Positions 46,968 to 57,001 of a stretch of DNA of 64,000 nt are shown here, in pieces (position 1 is the first letter of the stretch; each line of letters starts with the position of its first letter). The notes under the pieces are model-generated. The model saw only the letters and a program-made list of their open reading frames with translations. It did no database searches and was not told where the DNA came from. The translations under genes were made by a program, and so were the position numbers. Source of the DNA: an uncultured beta proteobacterium (GTDB taxonomy: Bacteria > Pseudomonadota > Gammaproteobacteria > Burkholderiales > Casimicrobiaceae); contig CAWGKT010000015.1 of assembly GCA_963823215.1 (NCBI GenBank), forward strand, positions 152,013 to 216,012. The letters are read 5' to 3'.

Positions 46968-47524
46968 GCGCCGCTCAGCGCGCTGACATCTTCAGGGACT
47001 CTGCTCAATTCGCGCGAAGTTATAAATGCCTCGACGACGATCGACGGCGAAAAGGCAACCGTCTCGGCTACTCGACGAGGACAGCGGACAACGACGCGAG
47101 GCTAGCTGTCTTAACCACGATTTGATCCTGCAGACAGTGTTGGATGTCCTCTGACCTTGACGGGCAGAGATCGGGCCGTCAGTTGTCGCTGGCCGGCGCC
47201 AACTGGCCGACCGCTTCAGACGGTAAGCAGGCGGTCGCTGCCGCTGCCCGAAGTGGCGCTATCGACCCGAACCTGCCTCTTGATATTCTAGATAGCGGTC
47301 GTTGCGGAAGGGTTCGATGGGACCTCAAAGATGAGATCCGGGGCGCCCGCGGGGGTAGGTTTTCTATCCAGTGCCGCCCTTGCAACGCGGCTCCAGACCG
47401 CCACGGTAGCGCTGTTGCCGAGCGTTCCGCGGGGGGCAGCGCGCGGGAACTGTTCGGGTCCACCAAGGGTCGAATGGGCACCCGAAGGAATGCGTAACGC
47501 ATTCTTTGCAGGTGGCGAGAAGCC

Positions 47525-47908
47525 ATGAACAACTCTTTCCCGAGATTGGGTATTGCCACCCTGCTCGCGGCAGCGGTTTTGTTGGCGGCGGGTTGCGACC
47601 AGCGCAACGACGTGAGCACCTTGGGCCAACGGCAGGGCACGTTGGCCAGCGTCGTGGCAAAAGGCAACGCGAAAACCATCGGCACCGACGAAGCGATCGA
47701 GGATTCGGAGGTCACAACGAAGGTGCGGGAGGCGATCCTCGCCGATCCGCAGCTGCAAGCACAGCACATCGACGTCGCGACCGAGGACTCTGCGGTCACG
47801 CTGACGGGCAGCGTCGATTCGCCGGCGCTTCGCGAGCGCGCCGTCCAGCTCGCAGGCTCGGTGAATGGCGTGGTACAGGTGCAGGAGAAGCTGGAATTAC
47901 GGCCCTGA
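47525..47908 (+). CDS. BON-domain lipoprotein
   Basis: Lipobox LLAAGC. EVTTKVREAILADPQLQAQHIDVATEDSAVTLTGSVDSPALRERAVQLAGSVNGVVQVQEKLEL. Confidence 0.8.
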   Translation: MNNSFPRLGIATLLAAAVLLAAGCDQRNDVSTLGQRQGTLASVVAKGNAKTIGTDEAIEDSEVTTKVREAILADPQLQAQHIDVATEDSAVTLTGSVDSPALRERAVQLAGSVNGVVQVQEKLELRP

Positions 47909-48227
47909 TTTGAGGCGCTGCACGTTATCCGATCTCGCCGCCTGTGCTCTGGCTTTGCCTGCTCGCTCCGGATGGAGTCGCGACGAACCTGCCGGCGTAT
48001 GGCAGCATCACTTCGCGTCCCCCGATTGGATGTGATGCGAGAGGATTCATGTGGACCTTGACGGGTTGTCCAACCTATACAGGAGCGGATGTTACGGAAG
48101 GGGCGTCCGTGCCATTTTCCAGTCTCCACTGGTTCGAATATCCAGACGCGGGTCAGACGAACTTATTGTGTTGCGAGCGCCGATCGGCTCCGCGCCCACC
48201 GCGTGACGTGTTCGGGTCTAGTGCCGT

Positions 48228-48538
48228 TCAACCCGGGTTGTCGTCGATCCAGAATCGTTCCATGGCGATATACGCGTAGGAAGCGGACCATCCGATCAAG
48301 AGCAACCCGTCCAACGCCTCGACTCCCGCAAGCAGCCGGACCGGGCCGGACTTGGTCCGGACGGGGATACCCAACCTGGAAGCCGAGCGTTTAGGCCGCT
48401 CAATGCTTCGTAGTGGATCAGAGTGGTCAACGCGATGAGCAGGATGCAGGACAGGGCAGTCGTAAGCATGTCGTGAATTGATGTCAATTTGCCATGAAGA
48501 AGGTTGGGATCTGCGGAAGGCACCAGCGGTAACGGCAA
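48228..48538 (-). pseudogene. Possible 5' fragment of an ion-channel (Ion_trans_2-like) gene, frameshifted and truncated
   Basis: MLTTALSCILLIALTTLIHYEAL in one frame and RLGIPVRTKSGPVRLLAGVEALDGLLLIGWSASYAYIAMERF in another. No pore region follows. Weak call. Confidence 0.25.
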
Positions 48539-48720
48539 CGAGCCACGGCTGGCAGGATCGTTGCCCCGGAGGAATCGAATTCATGCGTCGCGCACCACAT
48601 TCTCGATGATTGCATCGCCGCCCGGAACCCGTCCTTCTATTTCCAATTAGCGCAGCGACTGGCGGCTTCGCACTGTTTTTGCGTGAACGCGCGGCGGTTC
48701 TCGCGACTCCCATTCCCGAC

Positions 48721-49263
48721 ATGCCCGATTCGGCTCCGCCGATTGCTCCCACGTCGGCGCCAAATGCCGCAGCCGCTCGATCAGGGGCGGATTCCCGACG
48801 CGGGGAAAGGCTTGTTGCAATGGTCGAAGCGGGCAAGGGGCTGTTGGTTCTGATGGTTGGATTCGGGCTGCTATCCGTCGTTCACCAGGATGTGGAACAG
48901 GTCGCGGAAGAGTTGGTCAGCCACTTTCATCTTAATCCGTCGAGTCGCTATCCACGCATATTTCTTGACCTTACCAGCCACTTCTCGGACTTGCGAATGT
49001 GGCTGCTTGCCACATTCGCCTTCTGCTATGCGGGCCTGCGATTGGCCGAGGGATTTGGGCTGTGGCGCGGACGGCGCTGGGCGGAATGGTTGGCGGTCGC
49101 GAGCGGGACCATCTATGTGCCCATCGAGTTCTACGAGCTCTTCACCGGCCTCTCCTGGATCAAGATTGCTACGCTGACCGCCAACATCGCGATCATTGCC
49201 TACATGAGCCGTGTGCTCTGGCGGTCGCGGGAGGGTTCCCCGCCTACCGCCCCGTCGCTTTAG
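48721..49263 (+). CDS. DUF2127-family membrane protein
   Basis: GLLVLMVGFGLLSV...RMWLLATFAFCYAGLRLAEGFGLWRGRRWAEWLAVASGTIYVPIEFYEL. Start uncertain. Confidence 0.7.
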   Translation: MPDSAPPIAPTSAPNAAAARSGADSRRGERLVAMVEAGKGLLVLMVGFGLLSVVHQDVEQVAEELVSHFHLNPSSRYPRIFLDLTSHFSDLRMWLLATFAFCYAGLRLAEGFGLWRGRRWAEWLAVASGTIYVPIEFYELFTGLSWIKIATLTANIAIIAYMSRVLWRSREGSPPTAPSL

Positions 49264-49582
49264 CGAGCGAAACCAGCGGCTCGGCCGTTAGACTCGAATG
49301 TCCGCAAGCTGACAGACCCGCCTGCGCCGGCTTCTGGCCGACTGCTGCGGAGACTCGCAATCGACCCGTAGCGGTCATCCGCAAGGCCAGCTTGCGGAGG
49401 TCCTGATCGTCTCGTTGGGGCGGAATTGCTCGGAACCATTCCAACGGGGTAACGTCCCAATCGATTGGAAGGATGCGAGCCGCTGTCACATGTTGTGAGG
49501 TTTGCAGACCGACCACCACTATTGGCGACTAGAAAGTCAACTAATACACGGTGGGCCCTGGAAGTACAGAGAGGAGAGCACG

Positions 49583-49927
49583 ATGAGCAACGAACAGGTG
49601 GCACCTGAGACGAAAGGTGTTACGGTGAGGTTACTTGCAACGGTTGACCTTGGCCCTGAGATCGAGGGCATGGCAGGGCGTCAACTTCGAATGCGTATGG
49701 TGACCATCGAGCCTGGAGGCGTCTTCGGCCCGATTCACGACCATAAAGACAGACCAGGCACCGTCTACATACTGCAAGGAACGATCACTGACCATCGAAA
49801 TGGAGTCGCTACGGACTATGGGCCGGGAGTGGGCTGGCCCGAGGACAGGAACACAACACACTGGCTTGAGAACAGAGGAACGATTCCGGCGCTGGAAATC
49901 TCCGTCGATATAGTCGGGCAAGAGTAA
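49583..49927 (+). CDS. Cupin-domain protein
   Basis: GAGAGGAG Shine-Dalgarno. MRMVTIEPGGVFGPIHDHKDRPGTVYILQGTITDH...THWLENRG. Confidence 0.75.
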   Translation: MSNEQVAPETKGVTVRLLATVDLGPEIEGMAGRQLRMRMVTIEPGGVFGPIHDHKDRPGTVYILQGTITDHRNGVATDYGPGVGWPEDRNTTHWLENRGTIPALEISVDIVGQE

Positions 49928-50353
49928 GCGCAGGCCCGACATCTAACACGGTCGGGCCTAACACGCGGCGCAACCGGACGCGCTTCAGTCGGCTTCGTCT
50001 CCTTTCGCGCGCCGGTTAGCCACAACGTTGGCCGAATTTCCGCTTCTGGCCGAAAGCGCCATTTGATGGGCCTCGGCCGAACGACCGCAATCGCGGGCAA
50101 CTGGACTATGTTGCTGGGAGCCGTCGGCTTGTACGATGACGAAGCATCGACTCGCGCCCCGCTCGTTCTACGCGTGATGTAGGAAGTGCCAAGTACTCAG
50201 TACTCGGCACGAACCCTGGAGTGGGAAACTCGACCGCATCCTGTCGACCGCCGACCGATCGTAACGATCGTGATTTCCAGACCCACGGCATGAGCCGGCA
50301 TTTGCGGATTCCCGACGTCCGCTCTATAGCCGCCTGATAAACTTTGTCGTGCC

Positions 50354-50938
50354 ATGATCCGAGCCGCCTGCGCATTCCTCCTGGTATTCTGGATGTCGTG
50401 GCTGGCGTCCGCCGAGGACGCGAAGCCTGTAACCGCCATTCTCCTCGTCGCGCGGGCAGAGCTGCCCGATCCGAACTTCAAGGACGCGGTCGTGCTGGTG
50501 CTGAACAACATCGCGCCCGTGCCCGCCGGCCTCATCGTCAACAGGCCCACGAGGATTGCCGTTTCGAGCCTCTTTCCCGAACTCGACCGCCTCGCGAGGC
50601 TGGACGACAAGGTGTACTTCGGCGGGCCCGTCGAGATCGGGTCGGTATCCTTCCTCTTTCGCGCCGATGCGCCGCCCGAGTACGCGACGCGGGTTGTCGA
50701 CGGCGTCTACCTCAGCGCAAACGAAGAATTGCTCCGGAAGCTCCTCGGCCGCGAGAAGCCGATGGAGGGCTTGCGGATCTTCGTCGGCCGCTCGGGCTGG
50801 GGTCCCGGCCAGCTTCAGGCGGAGATTGCGCGCGGCGATTGGACGTTAGGGCCCGCCGAGGCGGGCGCGATCTTCGACGGCAAGTCGGAGCACCCGTGGC
50901 CCGGGCCGCCAGCGCAAGGAGTCGGGCCTCGCACTTGA
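50354..50938 (+). CDS. YqgE/AlgH-family (UPF0301) protein with an N-terminal signal-like segment
   Basis: LLVARAELPDPNFKDAVVLVLNN...GLIVNRP...VYFGGPVE...RIFVGRSGWGPGQLQAEI. Confidence 0.8.
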   Translation: MIRAACAFLLVFWMSWLASAEDAKPVTAILLVARAELPDPNFKDAVVLVLNNIAPVPAGLIVNRPTRIAVSSLFPELDRLARLDDKVYFGGPVEIGSVSFLFRADAPPEYATRVVDGVYLSANEELLRKLLGREKPMEGLRIFVGRSGWGPGQLQAEIARGDWTLGPAEAGAIFDGKSEHPWPGPPAQGVGPRT

Positions 50939-51311
50939 GTCCCCGCAATCGATTCAACTGGGTGCAACGGCTCGCAAGCAACCGTTCACAACCGCAACCG
51001 GATCGACGCACGTAGCACTGGGTACGAAGCACCTGGTACTTAGCTCTCAGTTCTACGAACGCGAAGCAATTCGTACGTAACCGAAACACTGCCTAGCGCC
51101 GGCCTCGTTCTCAGCACGAGGCACTTCGTTCCTGGTGCTAGGGACTTCGTTTGAAGTACTCCGTACGACGACGCGAAGCAACGCGCGGACACGGCAGAAT
51201 TACGCCTACGGGACGCAAGCAATGACCGGCGTGGCGACGTACCGGGCGTGCCGATCGCGTATCTTGAAGTAGAGTATGGAGCGTCTTCAGAATGCCAAGA
51301 GAGGGGAAAAT

Positions 51312-51746
51312 ATGAGCGCTTTCCGAGTTTGCATTCCGAGTGTACTTGCGCTGGTTGCTTGCGGCGTTTTCGCGCAGCCAGAGACGGGTCTGCCCAAAAC
51401 GATGAGCGGGAGTTGGACTGGCGTGTATCCCCGGGGAAGCTTTTCCGACACCATGTCCGTCGTCTTGGATGCTCCCGATGTAAGTGGCGCGCTGAAGGGC
51501 CTCCTGACCTACCAGGGCTTGAGTTGCGGCGCAAAAGACGAACCGCTGACGGGGACATGGAACGGAACCGAACTGCGCTTCGAGTCGCAGCTCCGGCCCA
51601 ACGTCAACTCCAAACGACTGAACGGCCAATGCGGCACTGGCCTGACAAAGTTCGTTTTGACGCGGAAGCCCGGACAAGGCAGCTTTGTCGGGGAGAGCCG
51701 CACCGAAGGGACTCAGATACCCGACCAAATTCAGCTCTCGCCGTAA
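51312..51746 (+). CDS. Secreted hypothetical protein
   Basis: MSAFRVCIPSVLALVACGVFAQ signal peptide. No family recognised. Confidence 0.5.
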   Translation: MSAFRVCIPSVLALVACGVFAQPETGLPKTMSGSWTGVYPRGSFSDTMSVVLDAPDVSGALKGLLTYQGLSCGAKDEPLTGTWNGTELRFESQLRPNVNSKRLNGQCGTGLTKFVLTRKPGQGSFVGESRTEGTQIPDQIQLSP

Positions 51747-52271
51747 TCAAAGCAAGCTACCGATCGGGCTTGCAGGATGGGTCGTGGTCGGGGCGGGAGC
51801 GCACGCGCGGCATCCCCTTGCTTGTCCGCTTCGGTCGCAAGCAGCTTCAGACGGACACCGGCCGTTCGGCAGGCACGGGCGAGTGGCGGTCACCAGCCAC
51901 GAGCGGTCATAGAAGTTTGGCGCTGAAATCGCCCCACTCCGGACATTGCGCCGAGGCCCGGGAGCTGCTCGACCGCTACAACCGATCGATCGTTCACCTT
52001 CCAAGACCGAATGCATCGAAGTCTTTCGATACTCGCACGCCCAAGTACGGCATTGCTTCAGCTCCGTTAGAGCGACAACGAACTACGCGATCGCGATCGC
52101 GCGACATATTCCCGCGTTTGAGCATTCCCTTCCACCCGCCAACTCAATTTGATGCGATTGCGCTCGGCCTAGCACACTACGCGATCAACCCCTCGCTCCT
52201 TGCACGACGACGCACGCCGCAACGTTCGCAAGCAGGATGCAAACAATTCGGCCGTGCTGTGCATCCAAACC

Positions 52272-52670
52272 CTATTTCCACTCCCAAGCCTTGGAGTGCG
52301 TGTTGCCTTGTGCGTCGACTTCGTATTCAAATATGGCAGCCACGGAGTTCAACCGCGCCAACCTTTCGGACATTGTCCGATAGTACAGAATCCCTCGATA
52401 GCTGATGGCACCGTGTTCCTTAAATGTTCCAAGGCCCGAGCCTTTCCATGTGAGCATTTCGCCATCCTTGGTAGTGGTAACTCCTTCACCTTCTCCGTAA
52501 ATGGTGCCATCCGGTCGGACCACTGCCGTATAGGTGCCAAAGCCGGTAACCTCAATGCCCAACATCTTGCCACTATCCTCGAACGAAACCTCAACCCTGG
52601 GTGGCTCGCTCGATAGCACTCTTCTGACGATTCTCTTCCCAGTTGTTTCACCCACCAATTCGCCTAGCAT
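52272..52670 (-). CDS. Hypothetical protein (133 aa)
   Basis: Start chosen at MLGELVGETTGKRIV. Coding-like, beta-rich sequence with no family recognised. Confidence 0.45.
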   Translation of the reverse strand: MLGELVGETTGKRIVRRVLSSEPPRVEVSFEDSGKMLGIEVTGFGTYTAVVRPDGTIYGEGEGVTTTKDGEMLTWKGSGLGTFKEHGAISYRGILYYRTMSERLARLNSVAAIFEYEVDAQGNTHSKAWEWK

Positions 52671-53001
52671 GGTGTCACCTCCTGTTGGCGTGGAACCGGA
52701 TCTCCAATTTCTAATCTCCGGCGAGGGTGAGTATAGACCCGGCGCGTTTCGACAAGAGGGCAATCGCACCGCATTCGCATGGCGTAGACGGGTCCGAATG
52801 GCCGCTCCTCAGAACATCGACCGGCTGGTCAGGGTCGAACTGCGACCGTCAACGATCAAGCCCCTCGCGTTCAGACTCGATGGTCGTTGACTGGCCAGAA
52901 GCGGAAGTTCGATTGATGCTTGCCTTCCATCATGGTAAGCGAACGTTGGTGTGCACCGAATCGGCAGCAGCGCTGCATCACCAGCGGAATATCGAAATCC
53001 G

Positions 53002-53460
53002 ATGGCTGGATCGGTAAAATCGCCATTCATGAACGTCCACAACCCCGCAGACGAACTTCACGCCCTCAATCGCCTGAAGCCACAGCATGTGGCGCAGTTG
53101 CTGGAACTCTACCGACACGAGTGGTGGACAGAAAAGCGCACGTTGCTGGATGTGGACGGAATGCTGAAGGGCAGCGACCTGGTCTTCGCGTACGTGACCA
53201 AAACGGACGAACTTGTGGGTTTCGCTCGTGTACTCACGGACGGCGTCTACAAAGCTTTCCTCTTTGACGTGATTGTCCGTCCCGACTACCGAGGCAGAGG
53301 ACTGGGAGGGCGGTTGATAAGTGACGTGATCCACCACCCAGTACTTTCCAGGGTGGCGACGATCGAGCTCTATTGCAGACCCGAGCTGGAGCGACTGTAT
53401 TCTTCCTTCGGCTTTAGCGTTGACGTTGGCAACATCCGGCTGATGCGTCGCACGGCTTGA
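53002..53460 (+). CDS. GNAT-family N-acetyltransferase
   Basis: VGFARVLTDGVYKAFLFDVIVRPDYRGRGLGGRLISDVI (acetyl-CoA binding R/Q-x-x-G-x-G/A motif). Confidence 0.8.
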   Translation: MAGSVKSPFMNVHNPADELHALNRLKPQHVAQLLELYRHEWWTEKRTLLDVDGMLKGSDLVFAYVTKTDELVGFARVLTDGVYKAFLFDVIVRPDYRGRGLGGRLISDVIHHPVLSRVATIELYCRPELERLYSSFGFSVDVGNIRLMRRTA

Positions 53461-53742
53461 GGCTCAAAACCGGAACAGGTCGTTCTCACCCGTTGACCTG
53501 ACCGGCCTAGACCAGCCACAAAGGGCCGTGCCACCGACCATTGCCTGACCTTCTATCCGCAAGGCTCAAGGCATCGGCGCCGAGCGGCCTTGAGGTCATC
53601 CGCGGAGAGTTGCCGGTGGCGCAAGACCGCGCGGATTCCGCGAACGCGGGATATGTTGGCCTCGGACCCGACGATGGTACGCTCGTCCCTTTGCCAAGCG
53701 GCACGCCCCGTTGCACTCTGTGCCGGCCCCCGAGGAGACTCT

Positions 53743-54546
53743 ATGAGCCAAGATCCGTTTGCCCAACTGAAGCAGCGCCAGCGCGAAATGTGGGCCTCGT
53801 TCGGGCCGACGGCACTGTTCACCACGCCGGTAGCGGGCCATGTCGTCCGCTTCACGGGCATCGTCGCTGGCGAGACCGTGCTCGACGTGGGCACCGGCAC
53901 CGGCGTGCTGGCGCTCACTGCGGCGCGCCGGGGCGCGAAGGTCACCGGGCTCGACCTGACACCCGAGCTGATCGAGCAGGCGCGCGAGAACGCCGCCATA
54001 GCCCGCCTGCCCGAAATTGTCTGGACCCAGGGCGATGCCGAGGATCTGCCCTACTCTGACGCATCGTTCGACGTCGTCGTCAGCCAGTTCGGCCACATGT
54101 TCGCCCCGCGCCCCGATGTCGTCGTGGCCGAGATGCGGCGTGTGCTGAAGCCGGGCGGCCGCGTCGCGTTCGCGACCTGGCCGCCCGAGCACTTCATCGG
54201 ACGAATGTTCGCGTTCGTGGGCCGCAACTCGGCGCCGCCGCCGCCGGGCGCCGCGCCGCCGCCGCAGTGGGGCGACCCGGCGATCATTGCCGAGCGCCTA
54301 GGCGACAAGTTCGCTCCGCCGTTCTTCGAGCGCGGAGTCATGAAGTTCTCGGCGCTCAGCATCCCGCACTTCCGGCTGTTCATGGAGCGTTCGGTTGGCC
54401 CGATGCAGAAGCTTGTCGAGAGCTTGGTATCCGATCCACAGAAGCTGGAGCGCTTCCGCGCCGAGTTCGATGCGCTGGCCGCGCCTTACCACTTCGACAA
54501 CCAGATGCACCAGGACTACCTCCTGACGCGCGCACAGGCGGCCTGA
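53743..54546 (+). CDS. Class I SAM-dependent methyltransferase
   Basis: VLDVGTGTGVLAL (motif I), DLPYSDASFDVVVSQF, LKPGGRVAF. Confidence 0.85.
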   Translation: MSQDPFAQLKQRQREMWASFGPTALFTTPVAGHVVRFTGIVAGETVLDVGTGTGVLALTAARRGAKVTGLDLTPELIEQARENAAIARLPEIVWTQGDAEDLPYSDASFDVVVSQFGHMFAPRPDVVVAEMRRVLKPGGRVAFATWPPEHFIGRMFAFVGRNSAPPPPGAAPPPQWGDPAIIAERLGDKFAPPFFERGVMKFSALSIPHFRLFMERSVGPMQKLVESLVSDPQKLERFRAEFDALAAPYHFDNQMHQDYLLTRAQAA

Positions 54547-54954
54547 TCGTCAGCGGACCTCTCGGTGCAGTTGATTTGGAAGGTCAGCCCCATCGGAGGC
54601 AGGAATCTTCCCAGTCCACTTCGCGCCTGTGTTTCGGTGAGGCGCTCAGCCCACGTCGACAACGCGCTGGAGATTGCGGAGCAAACTGAGGTGTAGGCGC
54701 ATGTCGCTCGATCGCGATCGTTAGATCCGACGGTCGCGGTTCAGCCAACTGCAGCCGGTGAACGTCGCGATCGAATCTACTTCTATGCGGTCGTTCCCGT
54801 CATGTTGCCAACGAGCGCGGCCAAGAAAGCCTTGCCTTGACCCCGGCCATCGTCGTCGCCGACAATCGCGCGTCTCGTCACCGCCCGATGGAACAACAAG
54901 GTGGATATTGACCGCACTGGGCAGGCGGCCGTGGTTTGATCCGTGGAGAATCGC

Positions 54955-56452
54955 ATGAAGAGGAATTCGATCATATGGACGCTTGGGATGGCGTTCATCG
55001 CGAGTGCAATGCTCGGCTGCGGGCAGAAGGCCGACACCACCGCCGAGCAGGCGGCGGCCGAAGCAAAAGACAAGGTCGCCGCCGTAGCCAAGGACGCCGA
55101 GGCGCTGGTCAAGGAAAAGGAAGCGCAGGAGACGGGCATCGACGCCTACATGTACGCCTATCCGCTGGTGACCATGGAGCTGACGCGGCGCGTTTCGACG
55201 AATGTGGTGGCACCGGAAGGCAGCAAGGCGCCGATGACGCAGTTTGCCAAGTTGCGTGGTTATCCGGCGGTCGACGACCATACCGTGACGGCGCCGAACG
55301 CGGACACGCTGTACACCGTCGTCTGGCTGGATGTTTCCAAGGAGCCATGGATCATCAGCGCACCCGACATGAAGGGTCGCTTCTTCGTGCTGCCGATGCT
55401 GGATGGCTGGACGACTGTTTTTGCCGACCCCGGCAAGCGCACTACAGGTACCGCCGCGCAGAAGTTCGCGATCACCGGCCCCGGCTGGACGGGAACACTT
55501 CCGGCCGGAGTCACGGAATACAAGTCGGCGACCGCGATGGTGTGGCTGCTGGGCCGGATTTACTGCACCGGCACGCCGGAAGATTACAAGGCGGTGCACG
55601 CGCTGCAGGACCAGATGACGGCGGCGCCGCTCTCTTCGTATGGCAAGCCGTACACGGCGGCGCCGGGGATCGTCGATCCGAGCATCGACATGAAGACCTC
55701 GATTCGTGATCAGGTCAACGCCATGGACGCGGCCTCCTACTTCAAGCTGTTCGCGCAACTGCTGAAGGCCAATCCTCCGGTGGCCGAGGACGCGCCGATG
55801 GTGGCGAAGCTCGCCAAGATCGGCATCGTGCCGGGCCAGGACTTCGATGCGTCGAAGCTCGACCCGGCAGTCGCCAAAGGACTCGCGGCCGTTCCCAAGC
55901 CGGCGCAGGAAAAGATCATGGTCTGGTTGAAGGAAGGCGTCGTCGCCGGCGAATGCAAGCTCACAGGATGGTTGGGCCTTCACGACCAAGACCGGCCTGT
56001 ACGGCACGAACTATCGGCAGCGGGCGCTGATCACGGCCATCGGCCTAGGGGCCAACCGCCCGCAGGATGCGGTCTACCCCACGTCCGAAGGGCCGGACAT
56101 CGTCAAGAAGTACAGCGGCGCGAACAAGTACGTCCTGCATTTCAACAAGGGAGAGTTGCCGCCGGTCGACGGCTTCTGGTCGCTCACCATGTACGACGCC
56201 AACTACTTCTTCGTGCCAAATCCGATCAACCGGTACACGTTGAGCCAGCGCAACAAGTTGAAGGTCAACGCCGATGGATCGGTCGATCTCTACGTCCAGA
56301 ACGAGTCGCCCGGCAAGGACAAGGAGCAGAACTGGCTGCCGGCGCCGAAGGACCAATTCATTCTGATGATGCGGCTGTACTGGCCGAAGGAGAAGTCGCC
56401 ATCGATCCTCGACGGCAGTTGGAAGATCCCGCCGGTCAAGGAAGTTAGCTGA
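54955..56452 (+). pseudogene. DUF1254/DUF1214-domain lipoprotein, one apparent frameshift (~55950)
   Basis: MKRNSIIWTLGMAFIASAMLGC lipobox. YMYAYPLVTMELTRR...NADTLYTVVWLD (DUF1254), then a shift to GWAFTTKTGLYGTNYRQRALITAIGLGANRPQDAVYP...FWSLTMYD...NWLPAP (DUF1214). Length is 1498 nt (3n+1). Confidence 0.75.
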
Positions 56453-56512
56453 CATCAACTGGTAGGGTGCCGACGGTGAAATAGCACATCAGGAACCATA
56501 GACGAAACGAAT

Positions 56513-56545
56513 GGGCCGTCCCCGGGGAGGGCGGCCCGTTTTGTT
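56513..56545 (+). terminator. Rho-independent terminator
   Basis: GGGCCGTCCCCGGGGAGGGCGGCCC hairpin followed by GTTTTGTT, 60 nt after the stop at 56452. Confidence 0.6.
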
Positions 56546-57001
56546 CAATGCCTTTATTCCGCGAAGGGCCGCTTCCATGGGAAATTGTGGCCGCTTAGAA
56601 GCACTCGTTTCGTCGGCTTGGGGTCGTGAACGCCCATCGGAACCGCGGCGCCGCCCGGCTGCTCTCGGGCTTATAGTTGACCTTCGCGACTCGATGGCGT
56701 CTGTGCGCTACGCAGCGGCCACTCGGTCAAATCGCGGCAACGCCGGCAGCCGGCCAGAAGCTGCCGCGGGTGGCGGGCAGCTTTGCGGCTACTCGTCTGC
56801 GTTGGACATTCGCTCTGCTTCGACCCATGGCCTGTCGAGCAGCAGTACGACGTAGGCATCGCCCTCCTGTGCGCGCCCTGAGGTGGGCATCACAAGTCCT
56901 TCACAAGATCATGACCTGGTTCAGTGCGTGGGGCTATTGACCGACCGTATCGCCGAGAGCATATTTGCCTCGCAAGTTTCGCCACAGAGAAGGAGTTGCC
57001 G

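Noticed and set aside
49929-49962. Hairpin AGGCCCGAC-N9-GTCGGGCCT after the cupin gene, considered as a terminator.
   Set aside because: The stem is good but no U-tract follows on either strand, so this was left uncalled.
50950-51250. Short repeats in a non-coding gap. An 11-mer ACGCGAAGCAA occurs at 51059 and 51171, and an 8-mer ACTTCGTT at 51123 and 51144. There is a hairpin CCTCGT-TCTCAGC-ACGAGG at 51103-51121, and several GTAC/AGTACT motifs occur here and at 50190-50210.
   Set aside because: The repeats are short and few. I cannot distinguish regulator sites, a degenerate repeat or chance without genome-wide statistics. No associated gene function suggests a role.
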